From contig NZ_SMNA01000004.1 of assembly GCF_004353825.1 (NCBI RefSeq), positions 248,001-312,000 on the forward strand: a stretch of DNA of 64,000 bases, written 5' to 3'. Source of the stretch: Occultella glacieicola (GTDB taxonomy: Bacteria; Actinomycetota; Actinomycetes; Actinomycetales; Beutenbergiaceae). The translations under genes and the position numbers were made by a program. Below the pieces are notes generated by a model. That model was not told the origin of the DNA and ran no database searches. It worked only from the letters and a program-made list of their open reading frames with translations. Below, piece by piece: positions 8,759 through 18,106 of this stretch (position 1 is the first letter of the stretch; every line of letters starts with the position of its first letter).

Positions 8759-9979
8759 TCACCAGTCGTGGACGGTGCCGTCCTGGAGTCGGTTGGTCGG
8801 CAGGTATGCCTGCGCGTAGGGGTGGGCCGCGGCCAGTTCCTCGTCCAGGTCCACGCCGATGCCGGGCGCCTCGCCCGGGTGCAGATGACCGTCGGAGAAC
8901 GTGTAGGCGTGCCGGAACACCTCGTTGGTGAGGTCGGTGTGGCCCGAGTACTCCTGGATCCCGAAGTTGTGGATCGCCAGGTCGAGGTGGATCGCGGCGG
9001 CCATGCCCACCGGCGAGATGTCCTCCGGGCCGTGGATCGCGCTCTTGATCTGGTGCTGGGCCGCGTAGTCGAACAGCTTCCGCAACGGCGACACCCCGCC
9101 GAAGTGGGTGACGGCGGAACGGACGTAGTCGATGAGCTGCTCGCCGACGAGGGTCTGGTAGTCGAACACCGTGTTGAACACCTCGCCGATGGCCAGTGGG
9201 GTGGTCGTGTGCTCACGGACGAGGCGCAGCCCGTCCTGGTTCTCCGCCGGCGTGCAGTCCTCCAGCCAGAACAGGTCGTAGGGCTCGAGCGACTTGCCGA
9301 GGCGGGCGGCCTGGATCGGGGTGAGCCGGTGGTGGGCGTCGTGCAGCAGCGGCAGGTCTGGACCGAACTCGTTGCGCACCGCCTCGAACACGTCCGGGAT
9401 GTGCCGCAGGTACGCCCCGGTGTCCCAGTCCTCGACGGAGGGCAGCGCGCGCTGGTCCAGGCGGGTCGCGTTCTCCGGGTGGGCGCCGGAGGCGTGCACG
9501 CCGTAGACGGCCTTGAGTCCGGGCACTCCGGTCTGGATCCGGATGCTCTGATAGCCCTGTTCCTGCAGCGCCCGCACGGAGTCGAACAGTTCCGGGACGG
9601 ACGCGCCGTTGGCGTGGCCGTAGGTGCGCACGCGGTCCCGCGAGGCCCCGCCGAGCAACTGGTACAGCGGCAGTCCCGCCACCTTCGCCTTGATGTCCCA
9701 TAGGGCGACGTCGACCGCGGCGATCGCGGCCATGGTCACCGGGCCGCGCCGCCAGTAGGCCCCGCGGTACAGGGACTGCCAGGTGTCCTCGATCCGGTGC
9801 GGGTCGGTGCCGATCAGCAGCGGCACGACGTGGTCGCGCAGGTAACTGACGACGGCGAGTTCCCGGCCGTTCAGGGTCGCGTCACCGAGCCCGGTGACGC
9901 CGTCGTCCGTGGTGATCTTCAGCGTGACGAAGTTGCGGCCGGGGCAGGTGACGATGACGCTCGCATCGACGATCTTCAT
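8759..9979 (-). CDS. manD: D-mannonate dehydratase / RspA family (enolase superfamily)
   Basis: [63 protein letters not shown]-terminal [10 protein letters not shown]. Confidence 0.9.
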   Translation of the reverse strand: MKIVDASVIVTCPGRNFVTLKITTDDGVTGLGDATLNGRELAVVSYLRDHVVPLLIGTDPHRIEDTWQSLYRGAYWRRGPVTMAAIAAVDVALWDIKAKVAGLPLYQLLGGASRDRVRTYGHANGASVPELFDSVRALQEQGYQSIRIQTGVPGLKAVYGVHASGAHPENATRLDQRALPSVEDWDTGAYLRHIPDVFEAVRNEFGPDLPLLHDAHHRLTPIQAARLGKSLEPYDLFWLEDCTPAENQDGLRLVREHTTTPLAIGEVFNTVFDYQTLVGEQLIDYVRSAVTHFGGVSPLRKLFDYAAQHQIKSAIHGPEDISPVGMAAAIHLDLAIHNFGIQEYSGHTDLTNEVFRHAYTFSDGHLHPGEAPGIGVDLDEELAAAHPYAQAYLPTNRLQDGTVHDW

Positions 9980-10022
9980 GGTGGTCTTCCGGTTCGGAGG
10001 GGTGGGATCGGGGTGGGTCGGG

Positions 10023-10913
10023 TCAGCCCTTGGTCGCGCCGGCGGTCAGGCCCGCGACGAGGTAGCGCTGACCGAAGATGGCGGCAAGGATGACCGGCAC
10101 GGTCATCAGGGTGGCGGCGGCCATCAGGCCACCCCAGTCGGTGCTGGCGTAGGAGATGAAGTTGAACAACGTGACCGGCATCGTGAGGGTGTTCTCGTCC
10201 GCCAGGATCAGCGCGAACATGAAGTTGTTCCAGCTGCCGATGAACGCGAGCACGGCCGCGGCGGCCGTGCCGGGGGCGGCCAGCGGCAGTGCGATCCGCA
10301 GGAACGAGCCGAACGCGCTGAGCCCGTCGGTGCGCGCCGCCTCCTCGAGTTCGATCGGCAGCCCCTCGAAGAACCCGATCATGATCCACAGGATCAGCGG
10401 CACCGCCACGAACATGTGGCTGAGCACCAGCACGGTGTAGCTGCCCACCAGTCCGATCTGGGCGAACAGGTAGTACCACGGCACGAGCAACGAGATGGCG
10501 GGCACGATCCGGGCCACGAGCACCAGCGAGCCGGTGCGGCCCATCGAGAACCGGCCGACGGCCCACGCGGCGGGCACCGCGAGGATCGCGCTGAGGACGG
10601 TGGAGAGCACGCCCACGATCAGCGAGTTCAGCATCGAACCCAGGATCGCGCCGTCGGCGAACGCGTTCCGGAAGTTCTCCAGGGTGGGGGAGAAGACCAG
10701 GCCCACGCTCGGGTCGGTGACCTGCACGTTCGTCTTGAACGCGGCCGCGATCATCCAGATGATCGGCAGCGCCACGAGCAGGCAGACCACGGCGATCGTG
10801 ACGCCACGCAACCACGACCAGAGGCGACGCCGACCGCGGCGGCGACGCGCCGCCGTCGGGCGCTTCGTGGGTGACGAGACGGAAGGTGCGCCGACGGTGG
10901 TCACGGTGCTCAT
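10023..10913 (-). CDS. Carbohydrate ABC transporter permease (MalG-like)
   Basis: EAA motif [11 protein letters not shown]-terminal [15 protein letters not shown]. Confidence 0.93.
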   Translation of the reverse strand: MSTVTTVGAPSVSSPTKRPTAARRRRGRRRLWSWLRGVTIAVVCLLVALPIIWMIAAAFKTNVQVTDPSVGLVFSPTLENFRNAFADGAILGSMLNSLIVGVLSTVLSAILAVPAAWAVGRFSMGRTGSLVLVARIVPAISLLVPWYYLFAQIGLVGSYTVLVLSHMFVAVPLILWIMIGFFEGLPIELEEAARTDGLSAFGSFLRIALPLAAPGTAAAAVLAFIGSWNNFMFALILADENTLTMPVTLFNFISYASTDWGGLMAAATLMTVPVILAAIFGQRYLVAGLTAGATKG

Positions 10914-11881
10914 GCGGAGGTCCTTCCGGTGCGGCGGCGCAGCAGCACCACGATGGCGACGATGAAGATGGTGAACAGCACCAGCACGGCCGACGCGAGC
11001 CCGTACTCCTGGTAGTCGAACGTGAGGCCGTACGCGTACACGTTCAGGGTCTCGGCCTCGAACCCGGAGCCGCCGCCGGGGCCCTTCGTGGCGTAGATGA
11101 TGTCGAACGTCTTGAGGGCGTCGACGCCGCGCAGCACGAGGGCGGTCAGCAGTGTGGTCCGCAGCATCGGCAGGATGATGTAGCGGAACCGCTGCCAGGC
11201 GTTGGCCCCGTCCATCAGGGCGGCCTCCTCGGGCTCCTCGGGCAGCGTGGACAGCCCGGCGAGCAGCAGGATGGTCATCATCGGTGTCCACTGCCACACG
11301 TCGATGAGCATGAGGGTGGGCAAGGACTGGCTGACCGAGCCGAGGAACTCCTGCGGCGGGATGCCGACGAAGCCCAGCAGGTGGTTGGCGATGCCGTTCG
11401 TGGGGTCGAGGATGAGCAGCCACAGGATGCCGATCGCGACCGGCGTGGCCAGCAGCGGGACCATCAGGATGGTGCGGACGATCTCCATGCCGCGGAAGGC
11501 CTTGCGCATGAGCATCGCCAGCGCCAGGCCGAGCACCGTCTGCAGCAGCACGGCGCCGACCGTGAAGTACACGGTGCGCCATACGGCCGGCCAGAACCGG
11601 CGGGTGTCGGTGAGCGCGTCGATGAAGTTCTGCAGGCCGATATAGGCGTTGTTGGCGTTCACCGCGCCGAACGCATCGGTGAGGCTGAGGTTCAGGGTGA
11701 ACAGCAGCGGGAAGATGATCATCAGGGCGACGAAGCCGAGCGACGGGGTGAGTAGCGCCCACTTCAGGCGGCGGTTCGCCTGCTCGAACGTGAGCGCGGT
11801 CCGGCCGCTGCGGGTCGTGGCGCGCTGGGCGGGCGGCCCGGGAGTCGCGGTCGGGGTCTCGGCAACGGTGGGGGATGGCAT
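10910..11881 (-). CDS. Carbohydrate ABC transporter permease (MalF-like)
   Basis: YIGLQNF, EEAALMDGANAWQRFRYIILP, TKGPGGG motifs. Confidence 0.93.
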   Translation of the reverse strand: MPSPTVAETPTATPGPPAQRATTRSGRTALTFEQANRRLKWALLTPSLGFVALMIIFPLLFTLNLSLTDAFGAVNANNAYIGLQNFIDALTDTRRFWPAVWRTVYFTVGAVLLQTVLGLALAMLMRKAFRGMEIVRTILMVPLLATPVAIGILWLLILDPTNGIANHLLGFVGIPPQEFLGSVSQSLPTLMLIDVWQWTPMMTILLLAGLSTLPEEPEEAALMDGANAWQRFRYIILPMLRTTLLTALVLRGVDALKTFDIIYATKGPGGGSGFEAETLNVYAYGLTFDYQEYGLASAVLVLFTIFIVAIVVLLRRRTGRTSA

Positions 11882-13230
11882 CAGAACTCCCGCTGGCGGT
11901 TGTCACGGATGAGGAAGTCGGAGAACTCGGAGTCCGCGTCGGCAGCGACCGGCGGCACGGACGCACCCGTGATCCCGGCGACCAGCGGCCTGCCGACGAT
12001 GTCGCGGGCGCGACCCACCTGGATCACGTCGGGGCGGTCGGTGCCCTTGCCGTTCTCGGCGTTGACCCGCATGGATTCGGCGAGGTCCTCGGGGAAGGAG
12101 GTGAGCGTGGCCTGGTCGTCCCAGGCGGACTGGCGGGCGCCGGGGATGCCGCCCGCCTGCAGCCGGGCGACCATCTCGGGCCCGGAGATCCACCGGATGA
12201 ACTCCCAGGCGTCGTCCTGGAGCAGCGAGAACCTGTTGATGCCGAGGCTCCAGGACGGGATGTTGTGCGGGACGGACCCGGCCGGGCCGGCCGGGAACGG
12301 CGCGAAGCCCACGGTGTCGATGACCGTGGAGATGCCCGGGTCCAGGAAGTTGGAGTAGATCGCGTCCGCGTCGATGTAGAACGCGGCCTTGCCCTGCGCG
12401 AAGATCGGCATGGCCTGCTCGAGGCTCATGTTCGTCACCCCGGGCGGTCCGGTCTCGGCGAGCAGCCGGCCGTAGAACTCGTACGCGGCGATCGCCTCGG
12501 GGGTGCCGATGCCGGACTCGCCGTCGATCGTGAAGTCGCCACCGAAGGAGTACAGGAAGCTGGACCACTGGGTGACGGCGCCGGAGCGCTGCCCGCGGCC
12601 GACGTACCCGAAGAACCCGTTGTTGCGGTCCGCGAGCTCGAGGGAGATCTCGAGCATCTCGTCGAGCGTGGCGGGGGCGCCGCCGAAGTCCTCGAGCAGG
12701 TCCCTGCGGTAGTACAGGGCGGGCCGCTCAGTGACGATCGGAACGCTCACCACGGTCCCGGCGGTGATCGAACGCTCGCGGGGGGCCTCCTGGAAGTCGG
12801 CCCAGTCGTACGCGGCGTCGCCCTCGACCCGGTCGGTCAGGTCCGCCAGCCAGCCGTTGCGAGTGAACAGGATCTGCTCCTGCAAGGCCCTGACCATCAT
12901 CACGTCGATGTCCGTGGCGGAGGCGTTGAGCTTCACGTTGTAACTGTTCGAGAGCTGATCGGCGGTGAGCAGGCGCATGGAGACGCGCCGCCCGATCTGC
13001 TCCTCGAACTCGGGTAGGTACTCGGCGATCGCCTGGGACCAGACGTGGTTGATCGCCATGATCCGCAGGGGAGCGTTCGGGTCCGCGGTGCGCGGGCCGG
13101 ACGAACAGGCGCTCAGGGTCGCGGCGCCGGCAGCGGCCGCGGCGAGCGCGCCGAAGGACCTGCGGCTCACGACGTGCGCGGGCGTGCCGTGAGCGCGCCA
13201 GCTCGATGGCCGGCTCGATGGCATGGTCAT
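11881..13230 (-). CDS. Sugar ABC transporter substrate-binding lipoprotein
   Basis: Twin-Arg SRRSF plus lipobox LSAC; FAQGKAAF and PFPAGPAG, SBP family 1 motifs. Confidence 0.9.
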   Translation of the reverse strand: MTMPSSRPSSWRAHGTPAHVVSRRSFGALAAAAAGAATLSACSSGPRTADPNAPLRIMAINHVWSQAIAEYLPEFEEQIGRRVSMRLLTADQLSNSYNVKLNASATDIDVMMVRALQEQILFTRNGWLADLTDRVEGDAAYDWADFQEAPRERSITAGTVVSVPIVTERPALYYRRDLLEDFGGAPATLDEMLEISLELADRNNGFFGYVGRGQRSGAVTQWSSFLYSFGGDFTIDGESGIGTPEAIAAYEFYGRLLAETGPPGVTNMSLEQAMPIFAQGKAAFYIDADAIYSNFLDPGISTVIDTVGFAPFPAGPAGSVPHNIPSWSLGINRFSLLQDDAWEFIRWISGPEMVARLQAGGIPGARQSAWDDQATLTSFPEDLAESMRVNAENGKGTDRPDVIQVGRARDIVGRPLVAGITGASVPPVAADADSEFSDFLIRDNRQREF

Positions 13231-13269
13231 GCGTAGGGCTCTCTTCCAGGGTCTGTCGGACCGCTACGG

Positions 13270-13300
13270 CCAACTGGTCCAACTGGTAGGACCAGTTGGA
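13270..13300. promoter_or_regulatory. FadR-subfamily operator
   Basis: Perfect palindrome TCCAACTGGT-AGG-ACCAGTTGGA (13278-13300) with a TGGT-N3-ACCA core, plus an extra half-site CCAACTGGT at 13270-13278. Confidence 0.75.
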
Positions 13301-13337
13301 ACCTAACAGGGAATCCGTTGGTCTCCAAAGACGCTGG

Positions 13338-14141
13338 TCAGCGCGAGGAGTCCCGACCGAGAAGGGTCTCGATGTGCCGGGTGGCCATGACGTCCAGGCT
13401 CACGTCCAGGTCCGTGCCGTAGGTGCGCAAGCCCAGCGCGAGGTGCTCGCGCATGTACCGCCGGGCGCGGTCGGAGTCCCGCGCCTGCAGGGCGGCGAGG
13501 ATCTCCGGGTGGTGCGGTACGCCCGGCTCCGAGATCGCGGGGTCGGAGTTCGACCGGAGCATCATCTCGAACATGAGGCCGCTGATCGAGGAGAGCATCA
13601 CGCGCAGCACCGGATTCCCGCTGGCGAGTGCGATCGCGTCGTGGAACTCGACGTCCGCCCGGGCCTTGGTGATCACGTCGGTGGCGGACTCGATGCGGTC
13701 GTTGATCTCGGCGAGGGCCTCGAGGTGCGCCTCGGTCGCGCGTTCGGCGGCGAGACCGACGATCTCGACCTCGAGGGGGATCCGGGCCTCGATCAGTTGC
13801 CGCACCGTCGGCCGCTCGGCCCGGTACAGCCCGTCGTACCCGCGGGCCTGGGCCGACGACTGCTCGGCCACGAACGAGCCGCGCCCGGGCGCGACCTCGA
13901 TCAGGTGCTGGGCCTCCAGGCGGCGCAACACCTCGCGGACCACCCCGCGGCTGGCTCCGAACTGGATGGCGAGTTCCCGCTCCGAGGGAAGCTTCGTGCC
14001 GACGGCGATCGCACCGGCGCGGAGGTCCTGCTCGAGTTCGCGCGCGATGCGTTCGGTGAGGAGGCCGCGGTGCCCGGTCGCGCTCACCGGCGGCGGGCCC
14101 GGAGAGGGCTCGGCCACGGGCGGGCTCGGTGGGGTGGGCAT
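13338..14141 (-). CDS. FadR/GntR family regulator (FCD domain)
   Basis: KLPSERELAIQFGASRGVVREVL...GRGSFV wHTH; ADVEFHDAIA..SGN. Leaderless TATCCT-N6-ATG. Confidence 0.92.
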   Translation of the reverse strand: MPTPPSPPVAEPSPGPPPVSATGHRGLLTERIARELEQDLRAGAIAVGTKLPSERELAIQFGASRGVVREVLRRLEAQHLIEVAPGRGSFVAEQSSAQARGYDGLYRAERPTVRQLIEARIPLEVEIVGLAAERATEAHLEALAEINDRIESATDVITKARADVEFHDAIALASGNPVLRVMLSSISGLMFEMMLRSNSDPAISEPGVPHHPEILAALQARDSDRARRYMREHLALGLRTYGTDLDVSLDVMATRHIETLLGRDSSR

Positions 14142-14242
14142 GCGACGAGGATACGCGGACCGGTCAGGGCGTGAGAGCGTCGGTGGGTCTGGGTCTCCTG
14201 GGCCGGCTCGACTGGCCCGGCACCGGGCGGCGTGCAAGTGCC

Positions 14243-14296
14243 AAGCCCTCGAGACCACGGGTACGAATCGACGGTCTCGAGGGTGTGGCGACCTCC
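14243..14296. repeat. REP-like palindrome, family 1, copy B
   Basis: AAGCCCTCGAGACC-N16-GGTCTCGAGGGTGTGGCGACCTCC; same 54-nt layout as 8668-8721. Confidence 0.75.
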
Positions 14297-14367
14297 AGGC
14301 GCTGCGGGTGGGTCCGGAGGTCTTGTGCCGGATCGCGAGCGTCGGATCTCGATGTCAGGCTGGGCGC

Positions 14368-15150
14368 ATGAGTGAATCCGTCCGTAACGCGGCATCCGAT
14401 GCCGGTGACCATCCCGTCGTGCGTACCGGTGCACGGGTCGGCTATGCCGCGAGCGGCGTCCTGCACCTGCTGATCGGGTGGATCGCGCTCCGGCTCGCCT
14501 GGGGCGGTGGGTCCGGTTCGGCCGACCAGTCCGGCGCGCTCGCCGAGCTCGGGTCAACGCCGGTCGGTGCCGTGCTGCTCTGGGTGGTCACGGCCGGGTT
14601 CGTGCTTCTCGGGCTCTGGCAGATCACCGAACTGGTAGGCGCGGATGAGGCGAAGGACAAGGTCAAGAGCCTCGGCAAGGCCGTGATGTATCTGGTCCTC
14701 GCCGGCACCGCACTGCGGATCGCGGCGGGCGGCTCGTCCGGCGGCGGGGACGCGCAGACCTCGAGCCTGACCGGCACCCTGATGGCCCAGCCGTTCGGCC
14801 GGGTCCTGGTGGCGGTGGTCGGGGCGGTCGTGATCGGCGTCGGTATCCATCACGTGGTGAAAGGGGCTCGTGCAAAATTTCTAGAGGACCTGCGCGCGAA
14901 CCCGGGCCGATGGATCACCCGGGCCGGACGGCTCGGGTACATCGCCAAGGGGATCGCCCTGGCCCTGGTGGGCGTGTTCTTCGTGGTGGCCGCCGTTCAG
15001 GCCGACCCCGAGGAGGCGCAGGGCCTCGACGGTGCACTCCGGTCCGTGCTCGAACTGCCTCTCGGGTCGGTGCTGCTCACCGTGGTGGCGCTCGGGATCG
15101 TGCTCTACGGCGTGTACTCCTTCGGCCGGGCGCGGTACGCGAAGGTCTGA
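14368..15150 (+). CDS. DUF1206 family membrane protein
   Basis: ARVGYAASGVLHLLIGWIA, ADQSGAL, GRLGYIAKGIA, GLDGAL motifs. Confidence 0.85.
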   Translation: MSESVRNAASDAGDHPVVRTGARVGYAASGVLHLLIGWIALRLAWGGGSGSADQSGALAELGSTPVGAVLLWVVTAGFVLLGLWQITELVGADEAKDKVKSLGKAVMYLVLAGTALRIAAGGSSGGGDAQTSSLTGTLMAQPFGRVLVAVVGAVVIGVGIHHVVKGARAKFLEDLRANPGRWITRAGRLGYIAKGIALALVGVFFVVAAVQADPEEAQGLDGALRSVLELPLGSVLLTVVALGIVLYGVYSFGRARYAKV

Positions 15151-15269
15151 GCGAGCCTCGACGTGCGCCGGCTCCGTCGTCGCAGTGTCATCCGCTCGCT
15201 CCTGAGGCGGCCCTGACGGTCGTGCTCGGGGTGAGTTCGGTTGACGGTGGGCGTTCGCTCGCGTCCGGC

Positions 15270-18032
15270 TCAGAACGGTGGTGGTTCGTCCGGGTCAGGG
15301 GCGGCGCGATAGGTGGGTCCGGTCCCGCTCGTTCCGGAGCCGGTGTCGGCACCGCCGCGGCTCGTGCTCGTGCTGTCGGTGCTGCTGCTCGTGCTCGTGC
15401 TGTCGGTGCTGCTGCTCGTGCTCGTGCTGTCGGTGCTGCTGCTCGTGCCCGCGCTCGTGCCTGTGCTCGTGCTCGTGCCTGTGCTCGTGCCTGTGCCTGT
15501 GCCTGCCACTGTGCCTGTGCTCGTGCTGGTGCTCGTGCTCGTGCTCGCGCTCGTGGCGTTGGTGCTGGTGCCGCGGGGGTCGGTTGTGCCAGTGCCGCGC
15601 TGCACGGAGGCGCCGCCCGGCTCGGTGGAGCGTGCGAGTTCGGTGATGGTTCCGCTGGGGGTGCGCATGTAGACGTGGCCGGTCGGAGTCCGCCAGAACC
15701 GGTTGCCCTTGGCGTCGATCTCGTCGGTGAAGCCGCCGTGGGTCTTGATCAGGTGGCAGCGTCGGCACTTGGGATCGAGGTTCGCATCGCTGGTGGGTCC
15801 CTCGGGGAACGGAATGCGGTGGTCGAGCTCGGTCATCCGCGCGGTGGCGCCGCACCCGGGCGTGCTGCAGTAGGGCTCGTTCTCCTTGACCCGGTCGGTC
15901 ATGTTCTGAGGTGGGCTGTACCGCGTGGTGCCGTAGTCGACGACGCGATCGGTGATCGGGTCGGTGACCAGCCGCCGCCAGCTACCGCCGGCCGCGAACG
16001 CGCGGGCGACCTCGGCCGGGATCGGGCCAAGGCCCTCGATGTCGGCCGGGGTGTCCCCGCCCATCAGAGTCGAGAGCGGAACGCGGACCAGGATCTGCGC
16101 CCGGCGCCCGCCGAGGACCCCGACCGGCCAGGTTCGCGGGAGGCCGCGGTCGACGGCCGGGTTGAAGACACGCGGGTCGGACCCGGTGTCGGCCCCATCC
16201 CACGACCCTAGGAAACCGCCCGCCGGCGAGGGGCCACCGCCGACCGTCGGAGTGCCAGCGTCCGCCGGCGACGGGCGGAGGTCCGTCGAGACGGTCTCCG
16301 ACGCGGCGTCCGCCTGGCCCTGCGTGCCACTCGACTCAACCGAGCTGGGCCGCGGCACACCCGTGCCGTTGGTGCCGTTGGTGCCGTGGGTGCCCGAGCC
16401 GTTGGCGTCCGAGCCGTCCTGGCGCACGCGGGTCCCGGAGATGGCCGGGGAGGCGCCGGGTTGACTCCCATCGGACCGGGCTGCGGTGGCCGAATCGGAG
16501 GGCGCGGCCGTCGGAGTGGGCGTTGACGAGTGCCCGCCGGGATCGCGTGGATCGCCCGTGGCTTCGCTGGGATCGCCTGTGGCGTCGCCCGTGCCGGCAC
16601 CGGTGCCCGCGACCGTGCCGGCGTCGGGCTCGGGGCCGTCGTCGGTGTGTTCACCGCCGTCACCACGTGCGCCGCAGGTGTGGTGCTCCCGGCCGTCGGC
16701 GCAGGTGCAGGGCGCGACCTGGAGATGGAACGTGAAGCCGGCCAGGTCGGCGACCTTCCCGACGTTGAGACCGTGGGCGATGATGTCGGCGAGCACGTCG
16801 GCCCGCAACTGTTCGAGGGTCCTCAGGTCCCCCGCAGCCTTCGCGGTGGCGGCAGCGCTGTCCAGGAGCAGGTCCATGGCCAGGGCATCGGCCGTCGGCC
16901 AATAGATCGACTGACTGGCCATCCCGTCGGTGTCCACCCGGGCCCTGCCCACGTACCGGCGCGTGCTCGCGATCGCGGCGCGTTGGTTGAACTGTGTCGG
17001 GTCGGCGGCGGCGACGAGCTTGGCAACCTCCCGTGCCACCCGCGACCTCGGCCAGGACGTGGCCTTGGGCAGGATCTCGTCCTGTACCTCGAACGCGGCC
17101 TCGCCGTCCAGGACCGCGACCGCGATCGCGATCACGTCGGCCTTGCCGGCATCGATGAGTCCGGCGGCGAGGGCGTCGCCGGTGGGTGCTGCGATCGTGT
17201 CCAGCAACTGACCGACACGCACGAGCCGGTTCGCCTCGAACTTCGAGCATCCGAGCTTCGGCGTGATCTCGTCGGCAGCCAAGGACTCCCGGAACACGAT
17301 CTGCTTACCGACCGAGCGAGGGCGAGTCATCACCATCGACGCCCGCGACGCCAGTTCCGCAGCCACGTGACGCAGCCCGGCAGCGGCAGCCGCCTCAAGG
17401 CGCTGGTAGCACGCCAACGCGTCGACCAGTTCGAACTCGTCGAAGTCGGTCAGGTCCGAGCGGTCGAGTTCGTCGACCATGAACCCGTCGACCGGTCGCG
17501 CAGCAAGCCTCGTCGGGTCCACCGAGGGCAGTCCGTCCGGGTCCCACGGAGCGGCCGCACGGGATGCTCCGGACGCCGCCGGGACTGGGGCATCCAAGGG
17601 GCGAGCACCGTTGACCATGGATCGGCCCCGACCTCCTCGAGCGCCGTCGACGGTGGCTCCGGACGTGGCGTCGGGCACGCCCGTCTCGCCGTCCTCGGCG
17701 ACGTCGACGGTGGGTACGGAAGCGGCCTCGGGCATGCCCGTCCCGCTGTCCTCGGCGACGTCCATCGTGTCAAGGTCGGGATCGAAGAAGGCCCCTTCAT
17801 CAGGGTCAAGGAACTCCGCGTACCAGTCCTCGAGCGCCATGGATCGTTCGTAGGCCTCGAGGTCGGCAAGGTCCTGCGGGCTCAACGCGGCCCGGGCGGA
17901 CTCGGTCAGCTTGCGATAGTCGATCACCCGCGCCGGCTCCCCAAGCGCATGGTCGAGGGAGGTGCAGTTCGCGCAGCACCCCGACCCCGGCATCGCCGCC
18001 GGGGCGGCCGCCTGACCGCTCGATTCGAACAT
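15270..18032 (-). CDS. DUF222 (13E12-repeat-like) protein with C-terminal HNH endonuclease
   Basis: RTLEQLRADVL motif; IEGLGPIPAEVAR...WRRLVTDP; Y.PP; HNH CSTPGC...DHRIPF..GPT...NL..KCRRCHLIKT; MFE start. Long Pro/Gly/Thr/Ser linkers. Confidence 0.88.
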   Translation of the reverse strand: MFESSGQAAAPAAMPGSGCCANCTSLDHALGEPARVIDYRKLTESARAALSPQDLADLEAYERSMALEDWYAEFLDPDEGAFFDPDLDTMDVAEDSGTGMPEAASVPTVDVAEDGETGVPDATSGATVDGARGGRGRSMVNGARPLDAPVPAASGASRAAAPWDPDGLPSVDPTRLAARPVDGFMVDELDRSDLTDFDEFELVDALACYQRLEAAAAAGLRHVAAELASRASMVMTRPRSVGKQIVFRESLAADEITPKLGCSKFEANRLVRVGQLLDTIAAPTGDALAAGLIDAGKADVIAIAVAVLDGEAAFEVQDEILPKATSWPRSRVAREVAKLVAAADPTQFNQRAAIASTRRYVGRARVDTDGMASQSIYWPTADALAMDLLLDSAAATAKAAGDLRTLEQLRADVLADIIAHGLNVGKVADLAGFTFHLQVAPCTCADGREHHTCGARGDGGEHTDDGPEPDAGTVAGTGAGTGDATGDPSEATGDPRDPGGHSSTPTPTAAPSDSATAARSDGSQPGASPAISGTRVRQDGSDANGSGTHGTNGTNGTGVPRPSSVESSGTQGQADAASETVSTDLRPSPADAGTPTVGGGPSPAGGFLGSWDGADTGSDPRVFNPAVDRGLPRTWPVGVLGGRRAQILVRVPLSTLMGGDTPADIEGLGPIPAEVARAFAAGGSWRRLVTDPITDRVVDYGTTRYSPPQNMTDRVKENEPYCSTPGCGATARMTELDHRIPFPEGPTSDANLDPKCRRCHLIKTHGGFTDEIDAKGNRFWRTPTGHVYMRTPSGTITELARSTEPGGASVQRGTGTTDPRGTSTNATSASTSTSTSTSTGTVAGTGTGTSTGTSTSTGTSAGTSSSTDSTSTSSSTDSTSTSSSTDSTSTSRGGADTGSGTSGTGPTYRAAPDPDEPPPF
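15361..15546. repeat. Coding tandem repeats in the DUF222-HNH tail
   Basis: 27-bp unit CTCGTGCTCGTGCTGTCGGTGCTGCTG x3 (15361-15441), followed by GTGCTC/GTGCCT hexamer runs encoding (TS)n/(TG)n. Confidence 0.9.
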
Positions 18033-18061
18033 GTGTACCACACTACCCGCGCCCGCCGACA
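18025..18061 (-). promoter_or_regulatory. PafBC-type (RecA-NDp) DNA-damage promoter with an overlapping degenerate LexA box
   Basis: Minus strand TGTCGG (18061-18056)-N10-TAGTGT (18045-18040)-N7-ATG; TCGAAC-ATGT-GTACCA (18025-18040) versus SOS consensus TCGAAC-N4-GTTCGA. Confidence 0.75.
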
Positions 18062-18106
18062 TTGGGGAGACTGTCCGGCAGGCTGGGGATAATCGGCGAT
18101 GACCCG

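Noticed and set aside
15278..15855. Cys-rich (SCSCCRCCC) and His-rich (HEHEQQH) ORFs resembling metallothionein or metal-binding peptides
   Set aside because: They are alternative-frame readings of the GTGCTC/GTGCTG repeats inside the DUF222-HNH gene and have no independent start signals.
15270..18032. Insertion sequence or transposase
   Set aside because: No DDE, HUH or recombinase motifs, terminal inverted repeats or target duplication found; mobility of DUF222-HNH genes is unproven.
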